A stretch of 64,000 nucleotides of DNA from contig NC_086098.1 of the NCBI RefSeq assembly GCF_963921235.1, positions 1,860,001 to 1,924,000 of the forward strand, in the 5' to 3' direction. This document shows, piece after piece, positions 49,011 to 62,140 of the stretch. Below the pieces are notes generated by a model, which saw only the letters and a program-made list of their open reading frames with translations, had not been told where the DNA came from and made no database searches. This stretch comes from Mobula hypostoma. Lineage: Eukaryota. Each line of letters starts with the position of its first letter. The first letter of the stretch is position 1. The translations under genes were made by a program, and so were the position numbers.

Positions 49011-50956
49011 TGTTCTATGGGCAGGTTGCTGGACGGTGTGGCTCATGGCACCGGAACGGCCTATTCCATTCGTCTCTGTAAATGAAAGAAAGCAGTACTG
49101 CTGATGGGATGAGGAAACTTAAAGGGTACATAACTGAGATTTAGTGGAATGGGAATTTGTCCCACACAGCTGATGAACAACTGAAACTAGGAATTGTGAT
49201 GATAGTTAAATCTACCCGCCTCATGTTCCCAATTAAAACGGGCCACTCTGTGAGGACAGAAAATCATCTCTCTGACTGTACAGCGTTTTGGAAAAAATAA
49301 CTATTGAAGGATACAGAAAGAATATAACCAATTTGTAAAGTCGAGTGAACTGAGACACTCAAATTGTAGACCTCATGAAGGGGGAATTTAAAATCATGAC
49401 CTGCCCTCATCATTTGTAAAATGAGTTTGGATCTTTATATGATGTTCTCGCTCGAGTCCTGCTTGATGCTGTAACAACAGATTGAGTTTTAATTTGTTAG
49501 CAGTCATCAGATACCCTCAGTGAGAATTACAGGATGAGGTGGCTGTGATTTCTGTATTGTTCATGTTTCAGTCTGATTGAAAGACCCAAGCAAAGTCCAT
49601 ATGTGTGCAGTAACACCCACCTCTGACACAATGAAATTTAACAGAGGACAAATCAGCAGTCAACTGTAGCACCACCACCCCACCCCACAACACAGGTAGG
49701 AAAGTTCTTGCCAACTGATGTAATTACAGAAAGTAGAGAAATCCTATATACCTGTGACACCACTTTCATTGAATCATGTACCTGTATTCCCAGATCCCTT
49801 TGTTCTACTACAGACCCCTGTGTAAGTCCTACCCTGGTTGGTTCTATCAAATGCAAAACCTCCCACTTGTCTGCATTAAATTCCATCTGCCATTTTTCAG
49901 CCCATTTTTCCAAATGGCTGAAATCCCACTGTAAGATTTGATTGTCCTTCCTTGAAGCTCATCAGTGACCAAAATGATTTTTATAACAATCCAAACATAT
50001 TTGTGTGCACTATTACTAATGAATTAATTTGTATTTTTGATCAGTGATACCGCGGGGAACAGGCCCTTTTGCCCCACTGAGCCGCGCTGCCCAGCCACCC
50101 ACCTATTTAACCCCAGGCAAGTCATAGGACAATTTACAATGATCAATTATCCAGCACATCAGAGTATCCAGTGGAAACCCACAAGCTCACAGAAAGCAGC
50201 TTACTTACAAAGGACGCCAGTCACTAGCCTAATACTTTAACTGGCACAGATATGACTTATTGGAAAATTTATTATAAAGCTTCTTTGTCATCAAACCATG
50301 AGAAGTTCAAAGAACTATGCAATTACATGTTTAACATTCACAACTGGACCTGATGCCCTAATTTGCCTATTTCTTGCTCTGGTATTCATGATAGGATATG
50401 AAATTGTTTTGTCAATTGATGTAAGTAACAGATATGGTCCAGCTGCATTTCCTGAAGAGTAAAGCAAGTTTGGTCTCGCAAAGGCATCCTTGTGAAATGG
50501 ATTCAGTATCATCCCTCAGAATAGGTCTGACTGGTAAGGCACCAGGTGTTCTCAGAGAACTTCTACTGTAGGGAACTGATTTTATGCTCCTGGGGTAGAT
50601 TCACAAGAAACCATCAAATCTCCTCTCTGGTTTAATTATAAACCTACAAGAAAAGTATTGTCATTTAAAATCATTTTTAAGAATGAATTTGCTGATTATC
50701 ATTATTTGAAGTCATTCTGCAGTAGTAGCTGCAGGAAGACTCATCATGGGCACTCGGCATCCAGGACATAATTAGTTAAATGGAGATCACATGTGTGCAG
50801 TCAAGGTGTTTCAATTGATTGTAGTAAAAATGATATCAGGAAGGTCCAACTGCTGGTGAGTCAGTATCCTGGCAAAAACTATACCATGAAGACAAAAGAA
50901 CACTCCAAGCAGCTTTGCAAAAAGATTATTGAAAAGCGCAAGTCAGGAGACGGATA

Positions 50957-52976
50957 CAGGTTTCCCCCGCCATCCGAAGGTAGAGCATTCCTATGAAACA
51001 GTTCGTAAGCTGGAATGTCATAAAGCGAAGAAGCAATTACCATTTATTTATATGGGAAAATTTTGTGAGCGTTCGCAGACCCAGAAATAACCTACCAAAT
51101 CATGCCAAATAACACATAAAACCTAAAATAACAATAACATATAGTAAAAGCAGGAATGACCTGGATGTGGGGGTAGAAGGGTGGGTTGGCAAGTTTGCAG
51201 ATGACACAAAGGTTGGTGGTGTTGTAGATAGTGCAGAGGATTGTCAAAGATTGCAGAGAGACATTGATAGGATGCAGAAGTGGGCTGAGAAGTGGCAGAT
51301 GGAGTTCAACCCGGAGAAGTGTGAGGTGGTACACTTTGGAAGGACAAACTCCAAGGCAGAGTACAAAGTAAATGGCAGGATACTTGGTAGTGTGGAGGAG
51401 CAGAGGGATCTCGGGGTACATGTCCACAGATCCCTGAAAGTTGCCTCACAGATGGATAGGGTAGTTAAGAAAGCTTATGGGGTGTTAGCTTTCATAAGTC
51501 GAGGGATAGAGTTTAAGAGTCGCGATGTAATGATGCAGCTCTATAAAACTCTGGTTAGGCCACACTTGGAGTACTGTGTCCAGTTCTGGTCACCTCACTA
51601 TAGGAAGGATGTGGAAGCATTGGAAAGGGTACAGAGGAGATTTACCAGGATGCTGCCTGGTTTAGAAAGTGTCAATTATGATCAGAGATTAAGGGAGCTA
51701 GGGCTTTACTCTTAGGAGAGAAGGAGGATGAGAGGAGACATGATAGAGGTGTACAAGATAATAAGAGGAATAGATAGAGTGGATAGCCAGCGCCTCTTCC
51801 CCAGGGCACCACCGCTCAATACAAGAGGACATGGCTTTAAGGTAAGGGGTGGGAAGTTCAAGGGGGATATTAGAGGAAGGTTTTTTACTCAGAGAGTAGT
51901 TGGTGCGTGGAATGCACTGCCTGAGTCAGTGGTGGAGGCAGATACACTAGTGAAGTTTAAGAGACTACTAGACAGGTATATGGAGGAATCTAAGGTGGGG
52001 GCTTATATGGGAGGCAGGGTTTGAGGGTCGGCACAACATTGTGGGCAGAAGGGCCTGTACTGTGCTGTACTATTCTTAAAGTCATTTTTTCTTAAAGATG
52101 TGCTGTGTGCCTCCCGGCTACCACTGCATTCTCCGCGAATTGGTATCTGTCCGCGGCCTGGGGGTGGGGGTTGGGGTTGTGGGACACTGGGGTGTCATCT
52201 CATCGTTGTCTGTTTCCATGAGGGCAGGCAGCTCATCTTCTATGACTGCCCTCCTCGATGTCAAAGGTCGAGGTTCGTCATCTGCTGTGGCTGATGTGGA
52301 AGGCTTGCTTGACTGCTGAGCCTCGCGCATTTTTCTATCATACAGTTCTTTGTAAGCACTCAAACCATCTTGCAAATATGCCCTAAACCAACGTACCCTT
52401 TCAAAATTAAAGTCGTGCTTTATCATTGCAGCAAAAATCTCACGCAGGTTCTTCACGTTCAGTTCCTGGATGACTTCACCTTCGGTCCATTTGCTACTGT
52501 ATTCAGTTTCGATTGTTATCCTTTCCTCTTGCAATTGCATCAGCTCTTCATCTATCAGTTCTTGGTCATGGGATGCCAAAACCTCTTCAACATCATCTTC
52601 GTCAACTTCCACAAGCCAAACTCACCTTGTCCTTACTTCATTCACCATGATCGAAATGCTTAATTATGTCTAATTTTACACTAAGTGTAACACCCTTACG
52701 AGCTCTTTCAGGCTTTTCTGATACCTTAGAACTCATCTTGCTAACAGCTGCTCACAGGTTTAAGCAATGCCGGCGAGAATGCCGTTCCGAATCTGGGGGA
52801 GGGCGGCTGCTCGGGGCGTGCGCTGCCTTTTATCGCGCGTTGATTTTTTTTTCGTGTGCAGCCTTTTTTTTGTAACAGTGAAAACACCTTCTGTTAGCGA
52901 AAACAGGTAACTAATGTAGGTCTTTCGTAACAGTGAGGTTTCGTAAAGCGAACGTTCAAAAAGCGGGGGACACTTG
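50957..52976 (-). mobile_element. Tigger/pogo-derived non-autonomous element
   Basis: TA TSD at 50955-50956 and 52977-52978; TIRs caggtttcccccgc and gcgggggacacttg; ORF 52118-52612 EVDEDDVEEVLASHDQELIDEELMQL resembles the Tigger1/TIGD1 C-terminus. Confidence 0.8.
51155..52076 (+). mobile_element. 5'-truncated CR1 nested in the Tigger-like element
   Basis: KFADDTK, LVRPHLEYC and FFTQRVVGAWNALP with one premature stop at 51713-51715. Confidence 0.92.
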
Positions 52977-53904
52977 TACAAGAAAATCACTGAATCTCCC
53001 TTGGAGTACAGTTAAGTCGATTAAGAAATGGAAAGAACATGCCACAGCTGTAAATCTGCCTAGAGCAGGCTGTCCTCAAAAACTGAGCAACTGTGTAAGA
53101 AGAGGACTAGTGATAGTGAGGGAGGCTCCAAGAGACCAATGACAACTCTGGAAGAGTTACAAGCTTCAGTGGCGGAGATGGGAGAGACTGTGCGTACAAT
53201 GACTGTTGCCCGGGTGCTTCATCACTCGCAGCTTTATGGGAGACTGGCAAACAGAAAGCCCCTGTTGGGAAAAAAACTCACGTGAAATCTCATCTAGAGT
53301 TTTCCAGAAGGAATGTTGGAGACTCTGAAGTTAGCTGGGAGAAGATTCCAGCTGACCAAGCCAAAACTGGTCTGGTGAAACCAAAACTGAGCTTTTTGGA
53401 CATCGGACTAAACACTATGTTCGGCATAAGCCAAACATGGCATATCATCAAAAGCACAGCATCCCTATCATGAAGCATGGTGGTGGCTGCTTCACTGCAA
53501 CAGGTCCTGGAAGGCGTGTAAAAGTAGAGGGTAAAATGAATCAGCAAAATACAAGGAAATCATGGAGGAAAACCTGATGCAGTTTGCAAGAGAACTGCGA
53601 CTATAAAGAAGATTTCTTTTCTAGCAAGACAATGACCTACACAGGAATGTCTCACAAACAACAAAGTTGAAAACCTGGAATGGCCAAATCAGAGTCCAGA
53701 CCTCAATCCAATTGAACATTTTTGGCTGGGCTTGAAAAGAGCTGATAGAGACCTATCACAGGGCTACCTGTAAGAAGATGAATCTCAAGGTTGTATATGG
53801 TATATATACTTTGACAATAAATGTACCTTGAACTTTGATCTGTACTGCTGCCACAAAACAGCAAATTTTATATCATGTAAGACGGTGATAATAAATCTGA
53901 GGAT

Positions 53905-54450
53905 CTGGTCCTGGGCCCAGCATATAAGTGTCATTATGAAGAAAGCATGACAGTGCCTCTACTTCCTTGGAAGGTTATGAAGATTCAGAATGTCATCTAA
54001 AATTTTGACAAACTTCTATAAATGTGTGGTGGAGAGAATATTGACTGAATCACGGCCTGGTATGGAAACATCAATGCCCTTGAACTGAAAAATCATACAA
54101 AAAGTAGTGGATACAGCCCAGTCCATCACAGATAAAATGCTCCCCACCATTGAGCACACCTACACAGAACATTGTTGAAGGAAAGCAGCATCCATCATCA
54201 AGGACCCCCACCACCCAGGCCATGCTCCCTTTTGCTGTTTCCATAAGACCATAGACCATAAGACATAGGAGCAGAAGTAGGCCATTCGGCCCATCGAGTT
54301 TCCTTCAGGAAAAAGGCACAAGACCCTCAGAAACCACACCATCAGGTTCAGGAACAGTTATTACCCCTCAACCATCAATCAGGCTTTTGAACCAAAGGGG
54401 ATAATTTCACTCAACTTCACTGAACTGTTCCCACAACCTATGGACTCTGA
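53905..54450 (+). mobile_element. Old Rex-type 3' fragment containing a short CR1 tail insert (about 54241-54300)
   Basis: Homologous to 27380-27900 and 39040-39480. Confidence 0.65.
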
Positions 54451-55751
54451 TGAGGGAGGAAAGAAGCTGTGTCTGAAACCTTGAGTGTGTATCTTTAGGC
54501 TCCTGTCCCTCCTTCCTGATGGTAGCAATAAGGAAAGGCCATGTCCTGGTGATAGAGGCCCTCAATGATGGATGCCGGCTTTCTGTTTACTTGTTTTTTT
54601 ATTTATGGGTTGTCCTCTTTTGTGCATTGGGATGTTTGTTGTCTTCGTTGAGAGTGGTTTTTCATGGATTCTATCCTGTTTCTTTGCTTTGTGACTGCCT
54701 GCAAGAAAATTAATCTCAAGGTTGTATATGGTATATTGTATATACTTTGATAAGGAATGTAATTTAAACTTTGAAAAACTTTATTCTGGAAGCTTGTAGA
54801 GTGTGCATGTTGGAAGTGAATAGTCATTTTGTTTGGAGTTATATGAATATAATCACAATTATTTAATGGAAAAATAAGTATGTTTTTGTATTGATGATCT
54901 CCAGAATAACTCATTAATTTGGCAGAAGAATCTTTAAATGTTAAGCATTTTTAACAGATTGTTACTCTAAAGCATTACATCATCCACTATGTCCATTAAT
55001 CAAGCAGTCTGCTTTGCCTGTATGGAGGCACGATCATTAAACAATGTTAACTGTGAACCAACAATGGAGAATATCAGAGTGACACCATCAGTTTAAAAAT
55101 ATTTATAATGTCAAAATAGCTGTCATTTTTCTTACAGTGCATAAATATATCTTGACAGGATTGTTTAATAGGATTCTTGTAAAACCAGAGAGGGAGATTA
55201 ATACTTCTACATTAATAATGGTATTAAATCAACATCATAAAGTCACATGATTAATTTGAAGAATAAAGAGAGCTGAGCAACATTAGTGATTTTATACTTT
55301 ACTCATTTCCCCTCTTACTGCTCACAAAGTTTACCCGGAACTGTCCAAGAATAAACCATAAGATCATAAGATATAGGAACAGAATTCGACCAATTAGCCA
55401 ATCGAGGCTGCTCTGCCATTTCATCATGGCTGATCAATTTTCCCTCTCAGCTCCCGTGTCCTGCTTTCTCCCCATACCCCTTCATGCCCAGGACAATAAA
55501 GAATCTATCAATCTCTGCCTTAAATAAATTTAAAAACTTGGCTTCCAAAGCTGTCTGTCTGTCTGTATCTTGTTTTACGGCGGTTGGCATCCAGCTTAAT
55601 GGTGCATTACCGCCACCCTCTGCTCCAGAATGTGCACTAGACATACATTCTAAATCCCTTCACCTAATCACTCACACACACACATATAATACAAACCTAC
55701 ACTTCACCCTCCCATCTTTGACCATCCTAGTATCCTATTCCTGTTTATTCG

Positions 55752-58700
55752 TCATATTCTATAAAAAACCCCTGTACCCCTTAAAAACGCTAAAAATACC
55801 CGGACTTGTGCTCTCTCACCCATGCCCAGCAACCCTTTTAATGTGAATTCCTGCATCCCCAACTCCCTTAATTTATTTCTCATCATCTTTCTCTGTATCC
55901 CATACTTCCTGCAACTCAGAACTACATGTTCTACTGACTCCTCTTCCTGACATTCCTCACACAATCCTGTCTGGTGTTTCCCTATCATTTTCAATGTTTT
56001 GTTTAATGCACAATGCCCCAGCCTTAACCTAGTCCACACAATTTCCTCTCTTCTGTTTCCATTACCTACCCTAGTAACTGCAACACTCTTTTGTATTTGA
56101 TATAAATGCCTCCCTTTCCCCTCCCTGTTCCATCTTTCTTGCCACATTTGGTTGACTTTTTCCCAGATTACACACTTAACCTGTGCTTTACTGATACTAA
56201 TGTGCATTTCCACATTTTCTTTCTTTAACGCCCTCTTTGCCAACTCATCCACCATCTCATTCCCCTTCACCCCTACATGTGCTGGAACCCATAGAAATTT
56301 TACCTGACCTCCCTGATTTGCAATTCTTGTAACTAACTGAAGGACTTCATAAAGTACATCTTGCCGACTGTTTGTGTGAAAAGACCTTAAACTTGCTAGA
56401 ACTGAGATGAATCTGAACATATCAATGCTTTGGCTTGTCTGGCTTTCTGCACCCATTGCAATGCAACCAACACTGCCAGCATCTCCACTGTAAACACCCC
56501 TAACTTATTAGATGTTCTCCTGCTGATTCCAATTTCTTTTGCTGGTATTACCACCCCAAACCCTGTCACTCCTGTTTCAGGTTCCTTCGCACCATCCGTA
56601 TAAATGTGAGTATAATCACTACACTTTTCCATCACATGACAGTTAAATGCATTTACCAAATCTGTTTTATATCTTTCTTTCCTTTTTACCTCTAACAAAT
56701 GCCAGTCTATGTCAGGCCATACAAGCTTCCATGGAGCTACAACCGGATAAACTACTGAAGGACTTATCCTCAGATCAAATACTCCACGTTCTTTCGCGAT
56801 ATCATTCCCTACCCAACTAAAGGTATCCCTCTGAAACCTCCCATTTTCCCAGCACTCCTGCAACACTCCTTTAGTAGGGTGAGAATCATTGTGCCCCTGC
56901 AAGTTAGCCCAGTAGTTTGCCATCAGTTGCATCCTTCTTAGTTCCAAAGGCATTATTCCCATTTCTACCTGTAGGGCTGACACTGGTGACGTTTTAAAAG
57001 CCCCACTGCACACTCTCAAGGCCTGAGTCTGAATCACATCCAGTTTCCTTATAAGAGACCTAGCTGCTGATGCATATACTATATTTCCATAATCCAATAC
57101 AGATCTTACTAAAGCCACATACATTCTCTTCAAAGCTGAACAACTTGCTCCCCATTCCCTACCAGTCAAACATCTCATCACATTTATTACTTTTTCACAT
57201 TTCTCCTCAACTTTCCTGATATGGTCTGCCCATGTTAATCGTGAATCAAGTATAACTCCCAGAAATTTAAATGATGCAACCCTTTCTAATTCAACCCCAT
57301 ACATCCTTAACTTCTTCCCTACCTCAACCCTTTTCCTGGTAAAAAAATACAGTTTGAGTTTTATCTACTGAAAATCTACATCCCCAATCATAACCCCACT
57401 CCATCACTTCATCAATTGCTTCTTGTAGTTTCCTGATTATATAGTCCATGTTCCTGCCTCTTTTCCACAAGGCCCCATTATCCGCAAACAGTGACCTACC
57501 TATATCCACTGGTACCTTTATGAAGACATCATTGATCATAATGATGAAAAGTAACGGGCTAATCACACTACCTTGAGGTGTGCCATTTTCCACTAGGTAT
57601 TGTTTTGATAATTCTGATCCAATCCGAACTTGAATTTTTCTACCAAACAAAAAATCTTTAATCCAATTAAAAACTCTCCCACCAACCCCCATCTTGTGCA
57701 GTTTAATTAATAATCCTTCCTTCCACATCATATCATAGGCTTTTTCAATGTCAAAGAACACTGCCACTACTGACTCTCTGTTTGCCTGGGCCTTCCTTAT
57801 TTCAGTCTCTAACATAATCACTGAGTCCATGGAATTCCTTCCCTTTCTAAAACCACTCTGATAACTTGCCAGCATTCCCCTTTTCTCAAGCTCATATGAT
57901 AACCTTTCTGTTATCATCCTTTCCATTATCTTACATATACTTGATGTTAATGCAATTGGTCTGTAGCTAGTGGGTTTTGACAGATCCTTGCCAGGCTTCC
58001 TTATTGGAATTACTACTGCTTCTTTCCATGCACTTGGTAATCTTCGCTCCTCCCACACTCTGTTATAAAAATGCAGCAACTTCAAGAGCGCTCCTTCTCC
58101 TAGATGTTTTAGCATCACAGAGCACATCAGATCTTTCCCTGGGGAGGTTGGTCTCGATCTCTTTATTGCTCTCACCATTTCTGCTAATGTAAATGGATCA
58201 TCAATTAGATCATCTGTTCCTTCCCTCCTGCTTAACACACCTGGGTGTTGGCTCATTATTCTTTCCCTTCTTCTTCTCCCTTCTTCAGACAAATTTTCTG
58301 AACTGTGTATCAGTACAAATGACTTGGCCATGACCTCAGCCTTATCCCTACTGGAGACTGCAGTTTCCTCCTCAGATATCATTACTGGATATTCCCACTC
58401 CCTTCTATCTCCTCCCATCCTCTTAATCATTCCCCATATCTCTCCCACAGGTGTTGTTCTTCCTACCTTGTCGCAAAAACTCCTCCAACTTGCCCTTTCA
58501 GCTTGACGTATAGTGCTTCTCACCACTGCCTGTGCTTTCTTATACTGAACCAAATGCTGCATATTATGGGTTCTTTTAACTAGCCTGAATGCTCTATTTC
58601 TGTTTTTTACAGCCTGACAACATTCCTCTGTCCACCATGGTACCAGTTTTCTACTCATCCTATTTTTACTCCTAGGTATAGATCCTTCTGCTGCCATGAT

Positions 58701-59507
58701 AATTGCTGAAGTCACCTGACTGTTTAATTCATCTACATTTCCAGAAATATCAATCTTTGTCAACCCTTCTTCACTCAATTTCTGGAACTTACCCCAATCA
58801 GCTTTTTCAAACACCCACTTTGGGGTTCCGCCACCTGGTCTTACTTCAACTCTTTCACCCACTGAACACAAAACTGGGTAGTGATCACTGCCTACTGTTG
58901 AAGCAGTCCAAACTCCCCAGTTACTAATGCCAGCCAAGGTATTAGACACTAACGTAATATCTAACACTGACTCAGTTCCTGTTGTTATATCTATCCTTGT
59001 GCCGCTACCATCATTCATACACACCAAATACCTTTCTTCCATCAAATCTTCAATTACCTTTCCATTTGGATCTGTAATCTGATCCCCCAATATTGTGCTA
59101 TGAGCATTGAAATCTGCACACCACACTACTTTATGTCTGTTTTGTCCTTGTATCTTTAATAGGCTGTCCAAATCCAACCTTTTACATGGATTGTAGTAGT
59201 TATTTATAACCACTCCCTCCCCTCTCTCCCACACTTCCACCACTATGTATTCCTGATCATCTCCTTTTTCCAGCACCCTAAATGGTATACCTTGCTTGAT
59301 TAACATAGCACAACCCCCTCCTCCCCCTAGATTTCTATCTTTCCTTATCATTGTATACCCATATACCACAAAGTCTAAAGTTGGTTTCAACCAAGTTTCC
59401 TGAATACACACTACATCCAGTTTTACAACCATTTCTTTAATAAAGTGCTTGAATTCCTGGCTATTGGCCAGTAAGCTCCTTGCATTCCATTGTAAAAGAA
59501 TCACCAT
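55752..59507 (-). pseudogene. Nimb-like ORF2 (APE, RT, RNase H, CCHC) with two frameshifts
   Basis: QWNARSL, IQETWL, SDH; YRPIALTS, FDIEKAYD, PQGSVISP, FADN (catalytic D to N); YTDG, SDS, WVPAHVG; CEEC..H...C; frameshifts near 57345 and 56400. Confidence 0.92.
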
Positions 59508-59515
59508 AATTAGTA

Positions 59516-61481
59516 TTAACCAACACATGACACTTTCTGGCTTGACTGATTACTGAGGTTCTCCCTCACTTCCTCCCATGTCAGTCCTACTAACCCTAAA
59601 TGGTTTACTGCTGCTTTTACCACCAGCTGAATTTTGTCACTTTTTGACTTTACCTCAGCTGTACTATTAATCACTCCTGCAATGAATGTTACTAGAGCCT
59701 TTTTGTCTACATAAATCCTGTCATTTGTTCTTTGTTGCATCTCTCGTATCCCTGTTGCTCCCTGTTCATTAGGGGCATTATTCTGTTCTCTTGACATTCT
59801 TACAGCTTCTGCATAAGTGATCTTTCTTTTCACTCTTTGGTGGCAAAAATAGGAAAACAGATTATTATCTGAATGGTGGCCGATTAGGAAAAGGGGAGGT
59901 GCAACGAGACCTGGGTGTCATTATACACCAGTCATTGAAAGTGGGCATGCAGGTACAGCAGGCGGTGAAAAAGGCGAACGGTATGCTGGCATTTATAGCG
60001 AGAGGATTCGAGTACAGGAGCAGGGAGGTACTACTGCAGTTGTACAAGGCCTTGGTGAGACCACACCTGGAGTATTGTGTGCAGTTTTGGTCTCCTAATC
60101 TGAGGAAAGACATCTTTGCCATAGAGGGAGTACAAAGAAGGTTCACCAGATTGATTCCTGGGATGGCAGGTCTTTCATATGAAGAAAGACTGGATGAACT
60201 GGGCTTGTACTCGTTGGAATTTAGAAGATTGAGGGGGGATCTGATTGAAACGTATAAGATCCTAAAGGGATTGGACAGGCTAGATGCGGGAAGATTGTTC
60301 CCGATGTTGGGGAGGTCCAGAACGAGGGGTCACAGTTTGAGGATAGAGGGGAAGCCTTTTAGGACCGAGATTAGGAAAAACTTCTTCACACAGAGAGTGG
60401 TGAATCTGTGGAATTCTCTGCCACAGCAAACTGTTGAGGCCAGTTCATTAGCTATGTTTAAAAGGAAGTTAGATATGGCCCTTGTGGCTACAGGGGTCAG
60501 GGGATATGGAGGGAAGGCTGGGTTCTGAGTTGGATGATCAGCCATGATCATAATAAATGGCGGTGCAGGCTCGAAGGGCCGAATGGCCTACTCCTGCACC
60601 TATTTTCTATGTTTCTATGTTTCTATTATGAGCTCCTCCACAATTGCAGCATTTTGGTTGAACTCCTGTTCCGCACTTTCCATATTCATGATCACCCCCA
60701 CATCTGGCACATCTCCTCTGCCTTTTACAGCTTTTAGCCACGTGTCCAAACCTTTGACAATTATAGCACCTCAGTGGTTTTGACACATACACCCTTACTG
60801 GGTAACTCATGAAACCCAGGAACACCTTCCTTGGCACTCTTTCTTCTTCAAATTCAATCAATACAGATTCACTTTCCTTTTTCACTCCCTCCTTTGTTGT
60901 TTTCAGTCTTTGAACATTCATTACTTTCCCTCCTTTGATATTCCTCTTTATCTCCTCCATATTTATACTCATTGGTATTCCCGTGATCACTTCTTTACAA
61001 CCACTGTTTTGTGCTCCCACCCTCCCAGTGTATTCCACCTTGCATTTTCCTATCTCTTTTAGCTTGAGTGCTTTCTTAAGTTGTTCCTCATTCGCACATC
61101 TTACCAATAAATTGCCATCATTAAGGACTTTTGCAAATTCTATTTCCCCTATCTTATTTGTCAGAGTTGTTGTTAGCACAAACGGGTTAATTTTCTTCAT
61201 ATGTCCCTGAGCCTTCTCATTAAACCTAATTATGACAACACCTCCTCTCTGAGCTTGTCATCTTCCTCACTTTCAGAGCTTTCTCCACTATCATTTCTTA
61301 TTCTTTTATTCCCTTTGTCTTGGTTTTTATTCATCCGACCCCTCACTACCTCCTCATTCCCTTTATTTCTCCCTTCACAATAATCCACCTCTCCCCAGCT
61401 GCCTACCTCTGGTCCCAAGTCTCTATCCCTCTCCTTCTCCACTTTCTTTCCCTCAACCCCACCTCTTATCTTGTCCGCCAT
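59516..61481 (-). pseudogene. Nimb-like ORF1 (gag-like, CCHC knuckles) disrupted by a frameshift and a CR1 insertion
   Basis: ATG at 61481; CYNCQRFGHVAKSC, CARCGGDHEYGKC and a truncated CCNCGGAHN; C-terminus ITYAEAV at 59516-59833. Confidence 0.88.
59835..60626 (+). mobile_element. Young 5'-truncated CR1, nearly identical to 1025-1816
   Basis: About 6 substitutions seen by eye over about 790 bp; same octamer tail. Confidence 0.95.
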
Positions 61482-61832
61482 TACCGGACCCACACGACCC
61501 CCTCCCAGCAATTTCCGTTCCTTCCCCACTCTCTTTCCCTCAACAGGTTCCAAACCACATTCACGCATCAAGCAAAACACAGCCAGCTTCCATTCCAGCA
61601 GCCTTCAGCTCCTATTCACTGCCCACACCGGCTTCCAAAGCTGCCTGTGGCAAAGAATTCCACAGATTCGCCACTCTTTGGCTTAGGAAATTCCTCCTTA
61701 TCTCCATTCTAAAAGGACTCCTTTCTATTCTGAGGCTGTGCTCCTCCGGTCCAAGACTCCCTCACCATAGGAAACATCCTCTCCACATCCACTCTATCAA
61801 GGCCTTTCACCTTTCACCATTTGATAGGTCTC

Positions 61833-62140
61833 AGACCATAAGACCATAAGTCATAAGAGCAGAAACAGGCCATTCAGCCCATTGAGTCTGCTCCACCATT
61901 CCACCATGGCTGATTCATTATCCCTCTCAACCACATTCTTCTGCCTTCTCCCTGTAACATTTGACTCTCTGACTAATCAAGAACCTATCACCCTCTGTTT
62001 TAAATATACTCAATGACTTGTTCTCCACAGCTGCCTGGAGCAATGAATTCCACAGATTAACCATTCTCTGGCTAAAGAAATTCCTCCTCATCTTTGTTCT
62101 AAAGGGATGTCCTTACATCCTGAGGCTGTGTCCTCTGGTC
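61833..62140 (-). mobile_element. CR1 3' fragment
   Basis: (accataag)n tail and reverse-complement ORF2 end. Confidence 0.7.

Larger units (their letters stand above)
50770..53745 (+). mobile_element. Old Tc1 transposon split by a Tigger-like insertion
   Basis: ATG at 50886 (MKTKEHSKQL...SGDGY), resuming at 52979 (PWSTVKS..NLPRAG), later KHGGG, QDND and WPNQSPDLNPIE remnants. Confidence 0.85.
55554..61629 (-). mobile_element. Full-length Nimb/I-clade LINE with RNase H
   Basis: 14-bp TSD ggcttccaaagctg at 55540-55553 and 61630-61643; 5' UTR, ORF1, ORF2, 3' hairpin and (CAGA)n tail. Confidence 0.92.
55355..61830 (-). mobile_element. CR1 3' fragment hosting the Nimb-like insertion (pieces 55355-55553 and 61630-61830)
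   Basis: CR1 sequence reads continuously across the TSD: ttggcttccaaagctg|cctgtggcaaagaattccacag. Confidence 0.8.
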
